From: Lepidodermella squamata
Taxonomy: Eukaryota > Animalia > Gastrotricha
Reading direction: 5' to 3'
Assembly: GCA_047495785.1 (NCBI GenBank)
Contig: JBLDXI010000020.1
Coordinates: 1,302,001 to 1,366,000, forward strand
DNA length: 64,000 nt
Positions 29,258-41,550 of the stretch are shown here, piece by piece (positions within the stretch are counted from its first letter, which is position 1; every line of letters starts with the position of its first letter). Made by a program: the position numbers and the translations under genes. The notes under the pieces were generated by a model. It did not search any database and was not told where the DNA came from. It saw nothing but the letters and a program-made list of their open reading frames with translations.

Positions 29258-30768
29258 GTTTATTAACATCACGAAACCCTAAAAAACATAAGTCATTGAA
29301 AACTTTGCCTGCGAGCCGTTCGTCAGGCTGTGTACTCTAATTGTAAAACTAATGTTGCGGAGAAAAACGCGTCTCCTCACTTCAAAGTTGCTAAACTGCT
29401 GGTCAATGAGTGTCTCGAACAGGTCAGCAACTCAACGCCAGATCGGCCGCTGAATCCTAAACGTCTCCGTAGAGATCGCCAGCCGGCAAAACCAAATGAC
29501 CTTGCAATTTTGAAAATTTACATCTTTTTATTAATAACGTTTATTTTTCATTAGAAATTGATAATTTTATTTCGATTTTATTTTTTAATGCAAAAAACTG
29601 CGGCGACGGTCTGGAGAATTTTTTGTAAAACTCTAAAAAACTGGCTGAAATCCCTGCCAAATTCGATAATAGCAATTGTAAATTAATATGTAGTTATTAA
29701 GGAAGCAACTCGAGCAATATTTTATTCTACGAGTCCAACCTTGACGCACATTTTGGCGGTACTTGCGTTTTTATTGGCTCATCACCTCGAACCTCGACTC
29801 TATCGAGCCCGGCGATTTAGGCTAGACAAACTATAGCCACGAAGATTTCGTCCATCGGAGACTAGCTGGTTATAGCAGCGGGACCTGTTGGTGTGACCTT
29901 GTTGACAGGCTTTGTGCCTTTGTTGTATAAACGAAACCCTGAGATGGGTGTTAAGCCGTCGTTATTATCATCATCTCTCGAGCTGGCTTGGTGCGATATT
30001 CTATCCTTTGCTTTAATAAGTATTACATATTACCGGACACGATCCTAATCGACTTGTTAGCAAAGAGATGGCATTATACCTTGATGATTGGGAGACACTT
30101 AAGATTAATTTGACCCTGGCCCCTTCTTAGACGAATGTGAATCCATTATGGGGATGGGGATGTCGGCGTTTGCATGTCAAAGAATCTTGGGATTCAGTAA
30201 TTTTATGCTCTTCATGTCGGCAAGAAAGGCATTACAATCTCGAACAATAGTTGCACGATATCGTCGAGAAAAATCGTAAAAACACTTTATTGCCTTTCTA
30301 GCCTACGGTCTCTTTTGATTGTACTCCAAAATAAATACCTTATACTATCAAGGGGTGTGTTTTCTGTTTTTGTTATAGGTATTTTCATGCTCGAAAGGAT
30401 CACATTTTGTCATAAAAAGCTATTATTTTCGAATATGTAGGCATTGCAAAACTTTTGAAATTCTGCTGCTGATGCTCCTCACTGACTCGAAATTTTGACA
30501 AAAAATCAAACAGGGATAAATGCAACATCAGCCCTGTATTATAGTATAAATCCACCTATTTTATTCGATAATTGTCCGCTATTTGTTTCCGTTGGGAACT
30601 TCTGTGATAAGCTTTGACTTGAAATGTGAAAAAGACCGCGACAGCCCCGTTACTCTTGGAGGGTAATTGAGTAATTATCTGTGCTGGTAATTACTGAATG
30701 CTACAATTCATCAGCAATTTGTACAGCTTTTTAGTTATTTATCGATTCTACTTCTATTTTAGATAGTA

Positions 30769-30963
30769 ATGACAAAGAGAGCTGACGCTCCTGGTGAAGT
30801 TATTCGTCGCTTGCAGCAAAACATACCTGCATTTACCGATATTTTCGACGAGGAATCGTTCTATATTTTTGCGTTTGCCGTCGTCATCCTAACGATTGTG
30901 GGCGTATACATTGCTTCAAAGTTCGTAACCCTCCGCGATGCCGATGATTTCCACATTGATTAA
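30769..30963 (+). CDS. 64-aa single-pass membrane microprotein
   Basis: ATG follows an acceptor-like ttttag; IPAFTDIFDEESFY precedes one ~22-aa hydrophobic helix and SKFVTLR; protein-like composition. Confidence 0.7.
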   Translation: MTKRADAPGEVIRRLQQNIPAFTDIFDEESFYIFAFAVVILTIVGVYIASKFVTLRDADDFHID

Positions 30964-30984
30964 TTGAAAACTACAACTCCTCTG

Positions 30985-33900
30985 ATGCGTCATTTCGGCT
31001 TCATACTGCTTGGATTTGCGATCGTCGATGGCGTCTTATCCACGCTGTTTTTTGCACATTTCAGCCTGGAGTCCATCCGATTATATTTAGCCAGACTAGT
31101 TTTCTTCAATTTCTTTGAGGACTACCAAGATATTTGGCTCTTGGCACTATTGAGAAGCTGCATCATAGCAGGAGGAGGATTAGGTAAATTTTCTGATTAA
31201 AGCGCCGTCTATTTAGTCACTATTTTGATATTTAATGCTAAATTCACACAGGTATTTTGCGAAACCGAAATGCCGCAATCCATCGACTTTCAATTTATTC
31301 ATATTGCATCGACGGATTCGCTACCCTTGGTGTGTTGTTCCTTCTGGTTAAATTCCTCTTAACTACTGAAACATCGACTGAACTTTTCCACGTTAGTTGA
31401 GAATTTCGCAAGTTGCTTGGTTTCAAGATTATGTTACTTTCAGAATGTTCTTTTCTGGTTGCAACTTGTTTGGGCATTTTTCGCCACTGTTCTGATATAT
31501 CCGCTCAGCTATTTAATGCGAAGTCGGGCTCGAACCCTTGTGGCGGACGAAGAAAAGGCGTCAAAATTACAGAAGGAAAAGAGTGAATCGACCACAAATC
31601 TTCTAAAAGCCGAGGAATCAGAATCTAAGCCAGCAGAGGACGAAGATCCAGAACAATCGCACAAAGTTGGCGTTCTGCGATTGCTAAGCTTTTCAAAACC
31701 GGATTGGTTTGTCATACTGTCGGCATTTGTCTTCTTGTTGATCGCTGCCGGTGCTGACGTGTTGTAAGCTTTAGGTATTTAACACGAAAAATACTGACTA
31801 TCGGATAATTATTTTAGGGCACCAAAATATATCGGGGAGGTCATTAGTGGCATTGCCATATCGAAATCAGCTTCCGAATTCACTCATGCCATAATTATGT
31901 ATGCGATAACGTCTGTGGTTAGCTCCATTGCCACTGGTTTGCGCGGAGGTCTCTTCACCGTTGCGCTTGCACGCCTCGGAAAGCGCATGCGACAGCTCGT
32001 TTTTACGTCAGTTCTTAACCAAGAAGTCGCTTTCTTTGATAAAACTCGAACTGGCGATATTATGAGGTCAGTTCTTTTTAAATAAAAATATTTCGAAATG
32101 TTTACTTTCTGACCTTGTTTAGCCGTCTTTCTGCCGATGTGGCAACAATGACTGACACACTTTCATTGAACCTAAACATATTCTTGAGGAGGTAGAATTA
32201 AATTTCCCAATATTTGGCGACTGATTTATGTGTTTCTTTTTCGAAGTTTTGTGAAAGCTGCAGGAATGGCGTTCATGATGTTTAGTTTGAGCTGGCGCCT
32301 AAGCCTGATAACTGTAGCAGCTCTGCCAATAATTGCTATGATAAATCAATGGTTTGGTGATTTGTACGAAAAATACTCATCGAAAATGCAAGACTCAATT
32401 GCAAAAACAAGCCAAGTTGCCGAGGAGACTATATCGAATTTCCGTACAGTTCTTTCATTAGCCGGCGAAAAAGTTCAATTAGGTAAGCGACGATCTATTA
32501 AGTATTCAACGAATTTTCAATTTTGAAATTTCAGCCCGTTACTGTGATGACCTTGCAAAAGTTTACAACATTCAAATAAAACTCGGCATCGTTTATTCGA
32601 ATTCGATTTGGACCACGCAACTTCTTTCACTGGCCCTGACCCTGGCAACATTGTATTACGGAGGGCATCTTGTTGTTACAAATCAGCTGGATGGCAAATA
32701 TGTAGTTACATTTCTCATTTATCAAATGACTCTTGGTGATTGTCTGCAAAGCATGGGTTCAGTTTATTCTGGCCTCATGCAATCTCTGGGCGCTTCAAGA
32801 AAGGTTTTCCAGTATTTGGATCGGAAACCTCGTCAAAACAGATCTGGACCTGTTATTCCGTCATTTGTAAAAGGTCGAATCGAGTTCAAAAATGTTTCAT
32901 TTTCGTACCCGACCCGCAAAGACGCGCCGGTTTTGAAAAATATTTCATTCACTGTTGATCCTGGAAATGTTGTTGCTCTAGTTGGGAAGTCTGGATCTGG
33001 TAAAAGTTCATGCCTTGCACTTTTGGAGCGATTTTATGACCCATTAGGCGGGGAAGTTTTATTTGATGGTCGCCCGATCGGGGATTACGATCATTGTTAT
33101 CTACATCGAGCGATTGCTATGGTGTCTCAGGAGCCAGTTTTATTCGCCCGCTCCATTCGGGAGAACATTCTTTTTGCCACGGAATTTGCGAAAATGGGCG
33201 AGGATGATATGCTAGAAGCCGCGAAAATGGCCGATGCGGATCAATTTGTCAGCAACTTGCCGTCGAAATATGACACCGAGTGTGGCGAAAAAGGCGTTCA
33301 GTTATCTGGCGGCCAGAAGCAGCGCATTGCGATTGCTCGAGCGCTGATCCGCCGACCCGATGTGTTGCTGTTAGATGAAGCAACCAGTGCGCTGGATGCA
33401 ACTGCCGAAGCAGCGGTTCAAGCGACTCTTTCTCGCGCTATGGCCGGCCGGACTGTTCTAGTGGTAGCCCATCGCTTGTCAACGATACGCAATGCTAATC
33501 TCATTCTTGTACTCGAAAAAGGCTCTGTAAGTCGATTGTTGCACCAATTAGTTGATGAAATTTGTAAGGTGGATTATTTTCCCACGATTTCGTATTTTTT
33601 TTTTACAAAAATATCGAAGTATGAGCACTTTGGTTTGGTAAATATTGAACATAAAACCAGGGATTTCGATTTAATCTTGTAATATTTCGAAAATTTCTCG
33701 TTTCATCCTTAGGTATACTTCAACGAAAACAAAAAAAAATTGTACAAAATATTTTCAGCGAAATTTCCAGTTACCTATAAATATATTTTATATTTTATTC
33801 AGATTGTGGAAAGTGGTACCCATGACGAACTTATTGCACGTGACGGGGCCTACGCAACCTTGGTCAGAAAACAGCTAACATCGGGCGCTTCTGCCGATGA

Positions 33901-34093
33901 CACTCCTTCACCCGAACCTCTCGCCAAACAGAACTCGAAACTATTAGTCGAAGCTCAAGCTGACGTTCATGCCTCTTATTCCGAAAGTCTCCCACTCGGA
34001 AAATCTCCCGCAATCAATTTTATTCGACCAGACACGGCCTCGGCAAGTGGCTCGCCCGAGAGCGGTAAACACAATGACAAAGTTTTGGTGTAA
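30985..34093 (+). CDS. ABCB9: ABCB half-transporter, ABCB9/TAP-like
   Basis: N-terminal TMD0-like hydrophobic region; RLLSFSKPD; GLRGGLF; QEVAFFD; Walker A GKSGSGKS; signature LSGGQKQR; Walker B LLLDEATSALD; H-loop AHRLST; about 8 exons. Orthology to ABCB9 is the best guess. Confidence 0.85.
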
Positions 34094-34326
34094 TCTCAAA
34101 TAATCTCAGCCAATGCAAGCTTCTTAGCTTTTATTTCTGCTTTCACCGCTGCAACTGAAATATTATTAGTTTTTTCAACCTTGTTATATGTTTTAATTTC
34201 TATAATCCACATTCTGAGTTTGCTCGAAGCGCCTGATCCAAAAAAACGCAATGCTTTATGTTCAACGGCTATACTGTGATGTCGAATAAAGCAAACATTT
34301 TGTCTCCGATTTCTTTATTATTTGAA

Positions 34327-34956
34327 CTAAGGCAGATTTTTCATCTCGGATTCAAAGACCAGCTGAAGCCTTTTCAGGAACTTTTGCCATGATTCTACAT
34401 CATCTTCTGACATATCGTACCCTAGGACGTTCTTCATATTGGCAACAAATACCTCGAAAGAGATCTACAATATGAATTCAAGCGGTTAAAACAAAGTATT
34501 ACTATATAGGATAAAACGTACCATATAGTCCTGCGTTTTCAGATCGTGTTTCGTGTGACGTGGAGCGCGAACTAATCGTTCGATGCTTTTCCGTATAGCT
34601 GTTAGGAGGATCATTCAAACAGCATTGTTCGCAAAAATACATTTTACCTTCACTATCTTCAATATTATCCACCAGATCCACAACACCCGCGGCAAAGCGG
34701 GGTCCTTGTTCGCGCAGCCAAGGATTTTTCATCAATGTGTCGACGTCTAATGAAACTCCCCTCAGTGAGTAAAACATCGGCATATAGTTGGGATACGTCG
34801 TCAAGAATCTAAAATCCTAAGAAAGTGAGGACGATACGACAAAGCGATTTCATTGTTTTACGTGGCGTAGAATTTCAGCATGTTATCGGCTACGTTACAG
34901 GAAAATTTCGCCATAGTCTGACGTATCCGGGTTTTGTCATCAGGAGACAGCGCCAT
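34327..34956 (-). CDS. Globin A (TyrB10/GlnE7/PheE11)
   Basis: MALSPDDKTRIRQT..KFYAT|FLTTYPNYMPMF(CD1)..WLREQGPRF..PRH(F8)..DYM|..ESWQKF; introns at canonical B12.2 and G7.0 plus one in the EF region. Confidence 0.9.
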
Positions 34957-35138
34957 GAGGTTAATTTGTAAAATTTAACACAACCAAGTACTGAAAAAGT
35001 CAGATTCCCAAATTAAATCTTTTTACTGATGCGCGACAAATGGATGGAATTGAGAGCGAAAGATCAATTTTAGAAAAAAGTGCCGAGTGAATAGCCGACG
35101 TCTGACGTGTCTCAAATTGAAGATAGAAGTGCGTCTTA

Positions 35139-36045
35139 TTAAAACGGCAGTGAATAGGTCTTGCCCAGCGGTGCATGGTGACTCCTTTCCATTTTCTTCA
35201 TTTCGACATCAATGATGCCTTTTAGGCGCACTAAAAACCGATCCCATGCTTCGATATCTGGCCGAAACATTTGCTCAGCCAGAACGGTTTTCATATTTGC
35301 CGCGAACACGCCGAGTGCATTCTGGCAAAATTGTACAAATAAATTAAGGCAGCTTATATCGAAAAATGGCTTTTTTTGCTTACCATGTAGTCTTCAGATT
35401 TCAGGTTGTGTTTTGCATGCCTGGGTGCACGAACTAGGCGGCTAATACTTGCCTGAAGATCTGCAAACATTTACGGAATTTATTTAAATATTTACGGATT
35501 GGGGATCCAATTTAAAAAATATGTAAAACCTTCATAGCTATCCATATTGTCAACCAAATCCACGAAACCTGCTGCGAATCGGGGCGCTTGTTGTCTCAAC
35601 CTATAATCAAAATATTGCAATCTTATCGTTTTGTAATTGCGAAATTAGGAGAAACAACTTGAATCTTTTCAATGGGGTGCTTCCCTAATGGTAACTTAAT
35701 GTAAAGCTACCATGAGATGATATAGTTGGGAAAAATAAATTACTATATAAAATTTAGCGGGAACTAAGCTACAAATCGTAAGCCTTGTAGTAAGGATGTA
35801 GTAAAACTTACCATTCATTGCGAAGTAAGTTGTCAGGGGAAACGCCTTTCAAGGAGTAAAACATGGGCAGATACTGAGGATAGGTGGAGAAAAACCTTTG
35901 AAATGGCAAAGTGCGAAACGATGGGGACCGAAAAAATATATTTTTCTTACGCAACGAAGTATCGCATCATGTTGTCCTCGATATTGGCCACAAATTTGTT
36001 CATCGTATCGCGTATTCTCGTTTTGTCATCAGCCGATAAGGCCAT
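35139..36045 (-). CDS. Globin B (PheB10/GlnE7/PheE11)
   Basis: MALSADDKTRIRDT..RYFVA|FFSTYPQYLPMF..W|LRQQAPRF..PRH..DYM|..EAWDRF; 5 exons; clear paralog of globin A. Confidence 0.9.
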
Positions 36046-36729
36046 ATTGTCGGTATTTTTAATATAGCCTGCAATTTGTCCAGAATTTGTTAGAGCGCCC
36101 TGGTTTTTTACTAGGATTGAGAGCGCACTCTCAAGTTTGTATTGGATGTAGGTAATTGCCACTCGTTGGAATGAGTTGAACCCACGGGCTACGATAGAGT
36201 TTTATAAAAGCGGGGTCCGATACGCCCCAGCTCAGTTCCATTCACCTCGCCCAGTCCACTGATGACGCGCTAATTTGAAACAATGAGAAACGCTAAATTG
36301 GTGTCATTGCCTAAAATAGACCCGACGCTGAATTGAGCGGGAATTTGCAATAAATAGGTTTCTTTTTAAACCAGGCTGGCATTGAGCTCGGCAATAGAAT
36401 GAATTGAAAAGTGAAACGGCCATTCAGCTTTGCTCGACCTCATGATCTCGTAGCTTAGGTGACGTCCGTCAAAATTAAGGACGGCAATTTGTTTCACGTT
36501 GCCTGACAAGTATTTTTCTATTGAAAATTATTGAAGTCCTATGAAGGTTTGAAATTTGAAGCTCTATCCAAAAAAGTCAACGAAAGTGAGTCGTTCGAAA
36601 CACAGAGTTTCAAGTTTATTTTAAGATGGGTATTCAATATTATGAAGGAGTCTTTTTCGCCACAGATGGCGTTTCTACGCTGCAGTTGATTGTAGAATAA
36701 GGACTTGAGGTTTTAGATTCAGTTAATTC

Positions 36730-37430
36730 TCATTTATCGTTCTCGCCTTTGAATGAGGACTGGCACAGCATGCGTGCGAATTCTGAATGAAAAAGGTTCA
36801 ATTAGAATGCGGAAACGTCAGGTAAGGATGGCTGTGATTACCGAAGTAATCGATTTTGTGGTTAAAATCAAGATCAGCCTGGTCGACCATCGTCGTAACG
36901 AGTTCCAGAACTTCATTATCAGTTAGCTTATCATCGCCATAGTTCATTAAGTAATTCCTGAGACGTCAATGGCTTCATTAAAAGGAAAATAAAGCCTGAT
37001 TTTTTTCCTACCTCAATTCTCGAAATTCGATGAAGCCGCTTCCTGAATTCAAACGTGATTTCAATGATTGACGAATATAATCGAAATATTTTACTGTTTT
37101 TATCGAACGTGCGAAACGCTTCGACCATTCGTGTTTCAGCACCGCTCGTCCAAAACGCTGTAATCAGCGCATGGAACTCGTCGAATACCAGTTGGCGAGC
37201 TTCTTCGCTATTAGGGGCATCCTTCTTGGAATACTCTTTGCAAATGTCGACGCACTCGGCTTTTGTGGGATTCAATCCAAGCCCCCGTAGCACTTCAATC
37301 ACCTCATCTGTTGAATTTTATGATGAGTAATGAAAATTATTCGGCCAGTATAAATACCTGGTTGTAAAATGTCATCATGGTCGCGATCGAACGATTGGAA
37401 AATGCTGCGCAGTTCCTTCTCGTTCGGCAT
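36730..37430 (-). CDS. Calmodulin-like EF-hand protein
   Basis: Loops DRDHDDILQPDE, DKNRSGFIEFRE, DLDFNHKIDYFE; LGLNPTKAE; degenerate EF2; 5 exons. Confidence 0.85.
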
Positions 37431-38185
37431 ATTGAGCTTGGCCGAGAGCGCCTGTTGTTTAGAAGGACGCGAGGTAAGACGTTCTCTGAAGTCTAGAGAC
37501 ATTTTTTAATGGTGCAAAAAAAACCTGTTCACTCGTTAGCTTCAAATCCCGTTTGATCGACATCGCCCCGTTGCTAATTTGTTTTCACAGCTATCCACTT
37601 GAACGCTCGCTTCGCGCGTGATAGTATCTATGAAATGCGACGCAAATGGTGTAGTACTGAATTTAGAGGCGGACACCTTGGAGATTTTTTCGCATCACAC
37701 TCTCTTATTTTCGCAACACCCCTTTCATGTTCTCTTTTTGTTATTTTATTGCGCTTTTCACGCTCAATGCACCGCAGACACATCGACGCGGGCGCCTAGT
37801 AATATATCTGAAATAATTATCCTACTTCAATAGGTACATGTACATCTATGTAAAAAATACTTGACAGGTAAAAGTCTTAAAATAGAAAATTGACAAATTT
37901 GTATAGCTAGTTCGGCTAGTATTTAACTGGTTGAGGTAACGTTTTAGGGAGCGGCAATTCTATTGTGTTGCTTTGATTATTCAATAAACAGGTTGCGTGA
38001 TAGGTTGTCGTGGTGAAATTTCTTGCTTTATTTTTCAAAACACTGGGGTGGATAAAAAAACTTGCTTGACTCATATAGTTTGTGTGAAACCTGAACTTGA
38101 GTGAACTCGCGATGACTTTGTCGTGGGTGATAAAAGATAACAGACGAAGTTTAACGGAGTAAATGAAAAAAAATAGAGGAGTAAA

Positions 38186-41100
38186 ATGCTGAAGTCTGCT
38201 CTCGTTGCAGTTTTAATAGCAGGTGCTGTTGAGGGTCAATCAAACGCAGCTGACCAATGCATAAAATGCGATTGGCGCACAAATTTCTGTGGATGGATGA
38301 CACAGCCTTCGGTGTCAAATGGGACTGTACACTGGGTACGGGTGGAAAGTTTCTACCCACGCACGCCGAGTAAAGACCCAACCCGAACGGATGACGTTAA
38401 CGATCAAGTCATCAGTAGTAGTGCCAGGCTAACTGCAAGCTACTTCAGCGGCCAATATATTGACCCAAGTGCCTTCAATGCTACGTCAGCAGTCGCAACA
38501 CAACAAAGCGGACCATCTTTTTCCTCCGTTAATGATATCAATATGACAAGCTGTGTCTTGCCGGAGGTGGAACTGCCCCCGCGAATTTACGCCAGTAAAT
38601 CTAGCTTTTTGCAAATTTTCGCTACGCCTATTGGTTGTGATGGTGAAATTGTTGCTTGGAGATATCTGACGGCACCGTCGCCCCTAGCCAACCAAAGACA
38701 AGTCTATGCTTCAATCTGGGAACCTCTTTCGGTTGATAACGAGACGATGATTCTAGTTGGCTGGAACCTTCTTCCGACCGGAACGATAAATGAATGGCAG
38801 CAGTTCAATATCAACAAACCTGATAGGTTTGAAATATTTAAAATATTATTAAGGAGGGTTCAATTGTTTTTCAACTCAGAATCCGCGTGATGAGGGGTCA
38901 GTTCATCGGCCTTCACTATTTAAACATCACATATACGCACGAATACTCTGTTGTACCGCATTTCGAAACCATCGACAATGTTGGACCTTACTCCTCCACT
39001 ACTGTGAAAACCTATTCTCTTGATGTCAATCATGCCAAAATTCAGGAAAACTCGGCAGTTAAAATTAACCCTTCAACGGCGTCCCGACGATTGCCGGCTA
39101 TTAAAGCGATAATAAGAACTATTAGACCACAGACCGAGTTCAAATTCATCGGCGACTTTTACATTACGGCTGAAGCTTTGCCAGCGCTGCCTATCATTGG
39201 AACCGCGCAAGTCACTTCGCCACAAATACGGGTAAATGTTTTGGATTTTATGAGAAAGTTAAGTTTCCCAATACGGGGTTGCGTAATATTATTTAGCCGA
39301 TCTTCCGCGGTGCCGCTGGGCAACTTGGACATTGCTTGTTTTTCAAGTATTTTCTGAAGCATAGCGGCGCTCAAAGATCGTCGATAACAGCTTACATAAT
39401 CACGCCAGGAGCTGAACCGGAAACATTGGTCGTCAGAAATTCAGAGACTGTAACGGGAGCCGAATCAGCTTTCAGCTCAAATCGCCACTCGCCCACGTCC
39501 CCACCATGGAGCTATGCTAATGTCAAAATTACTCAAAGAGGCAAACCCTTCTCGGTCAGATAAATAGGAAAATTGGAATAGAAGGTTCAACAACAATTTT
39601 CTGATGTGATAGATCATGTTTGAAGCGAGCCCCGCTGTTGGAGGATCAGTTTCACTAGGCAGTGTTGAGATTGGCCCAGAACCTTGCACATGTTTGACCC
39701 AGAACTTTTATCGCCGAAATGAAATTCCGTCGTTATTGTTCGACAGATACCAGAGAAACTGACATATTGATCCCAACAGCTTCAATTCAATTCGGTCTAT
39801 TACAAAATGGTAAGATAAACATGGTTTAAAATTCTACCGCGTAGTTCATAGATCTTCTCAGGATTGATGTGGAACGATGGGCAGATTCCGTATCTGATCG
39901 AAAAGGAATTCAGTAAGAACTAGATTATAAGCTATAGGAATTTCATGGCTGTATAACGACACAGGTGCTGAGGAGAGACGCTTGATCGAAGAGTCTATGG
40001 ATGAATTTCGAGATGTCACATGCATCAACTTCAAACCATACATCGCTGATTCTCAAAACCCGTACGTGTCCTATGTGAAATTCAAACGGCCCACAGCAGG
40101 CTGCTCTACGGCGAAGTTCGAGCCTATGTAAGTCAAAATTCATCTTGAACTTTGGTTTCACATGTCCGCGAATAGGTGCTCGAGCTTTGTTGGGCCCCAA
40201 GCTCCTGAGCAGTTGACACCGTTTGGTGAACATCCAGTGTTTCTCGATCCTAGATGTTTCTACCCACAGGGGAGAATCCTTCACCTACTCACTCACATTG
40301 TCGGCCTTTGGCACGAAACAAATCGTGTTAGCCGCGACAAATACGTATCAATCAAGTGGGACAATATTCTATGGTGTAATAAGCATTTTGTCAACTTTAA
40401 ATTCCTGATTTATCGGTTTTCAATGCAGATCACAAGGGAGACTTTACGCCTTATTCGTTGACCAGCCAACTTTACATGAATCAGGAGGAATTCGACGCCG
40501 AATCAGTTACGCATCTCCCACCTGACGCTTACTCCGAAGATCGTTCTTCGTACACTTTCGAAATGCTGGATGACCCGCTGCAGATACCTGGGCAACGTTA
40601 TAAGCTTTCGAAAGGGGACATTGCGAAAATTAACTTTCTCTACGCCAACTTCCGATCATGCAGCTCGATAGCTAATGCAACTAGACCGACGACAAAAAGG
40701 CGAGTTGTAACGACCGCGGAAGTGACGACGGAAGAAACAACTGTGCCAACAACAACGACATCCAGACGGCGAACGACTACAACAACAACGGACGATGTTG
40801 GAACTGAAGAAATAACAACGAAGCCAACAACAACAGCTACAACAAGAAGGATGACGACTACGGCTACAACGGAGATGACCACAGTTTCGGAGGAGACAAC
40901 GCCTATTAGAACTAGATCCACAACGCGGCCGGTTACAACTGCAGAAACGGCAACTACTTCTGCAGCAACCGAAGCCAAAACTACTCAATCTTCCTTAGCC
41001 CCGACGACCTCCTCGACAATCGCAACTACAACCAGCGATTTAACCACTACAGGGAAAACCACGTCGACTACGAACGCAGCAACTCAATCTTCAGCTGCGC

Positions 41101-41261
41101 CTGCATTGGACGTGGTCTCCTCAACATCCTCGACTGATTCAGCGCCTTCGACAGCGTTGCCCTCGAAAGATACGAATTCAACTATGGAATTTACAACAGC
41201 GGTCGATGCGGCCAGGTTTATTGCGAACAATTCTTCGAATTCATTGTTACCTTCACCTTGA
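38186..41261 (+). CDS. Secreted MAM-like + astacin-like (probably inactive) + Thr-rich mucin protein
   Basis: Signal peptide; MAM-like CDW..FCGW..W and AQVTSP..CLFFKY..W..IMFEA; astacin WNDGQIPY..TCINFKP..CSSFVG..HLLTHIVGLWHETNR..RDKYVSI..GQRYKLSKGDIAKINFLY; Thr-rich tail. Confidence 0.82.
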
Positions 41262-41326
41262 GAATGTCAATTTTTCTCGGAATTTCTTGAACTATTCTTG
41301 TAATACTTTCAGATACAGCGTATCTA

Positions 41327-41550
41327 CGATTTTGAATGCTTCGAACAAAGAAATGCTCTCTCACAAAATTTCATTTTGTATCGTTTACTTTTGACTCATC
41401 ATTTGAAGTTCCAATGAGCAGAAATTATTTGCTAGGGTGGATAAAATAAAACGGAAAAGAGGCTTTTCAACTTTCTACCCGGGAATCAAATGGCATTGTT
41501 GCTCTCGAAATTACTGCAAAACTTCGATCTGGAGGTTCAGAAACATTTTA
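41327..41550. repeat. Diverged direct copy of about 54406-54660 (last intron, last exon and 3' UTR of a calmodulin-like gene)
   Basis: Shared blocks cgattttgaatgct, tatcgtttactt.tgactcatcatttgaagt.ccaatgagcagaaat.atttg, aaagaggct and gctctcgaaa. Confidence 0.8.

Larger units (their letters stand above)
25197..29617. mobile_element. Full-length ISL2EU-type (PIF/Harbinger-related) DNA transposon
   Basis: Terminal inverted repeats TCTCCAGACCG(ccgcag) and (ctgcggcga)CGGTCTGGAGA, flanked by AT on both sides; encloses convergent SWIM-YqaJ and THAP-DDE genes. Confidence 0.88.

Noticed and set aside
29820-29980. Possible retroelement 3' tail ending in ttattatcatcatc
   Set aside because: Single copy in the window, with no TSD or coding remnant.
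40640-40988. Val-rich and Cys-rich antisense ORFs
   Set aside because: Shadow frames of the Thr-rich mucin exon; the same applies to most short antisense ORFs in the track.
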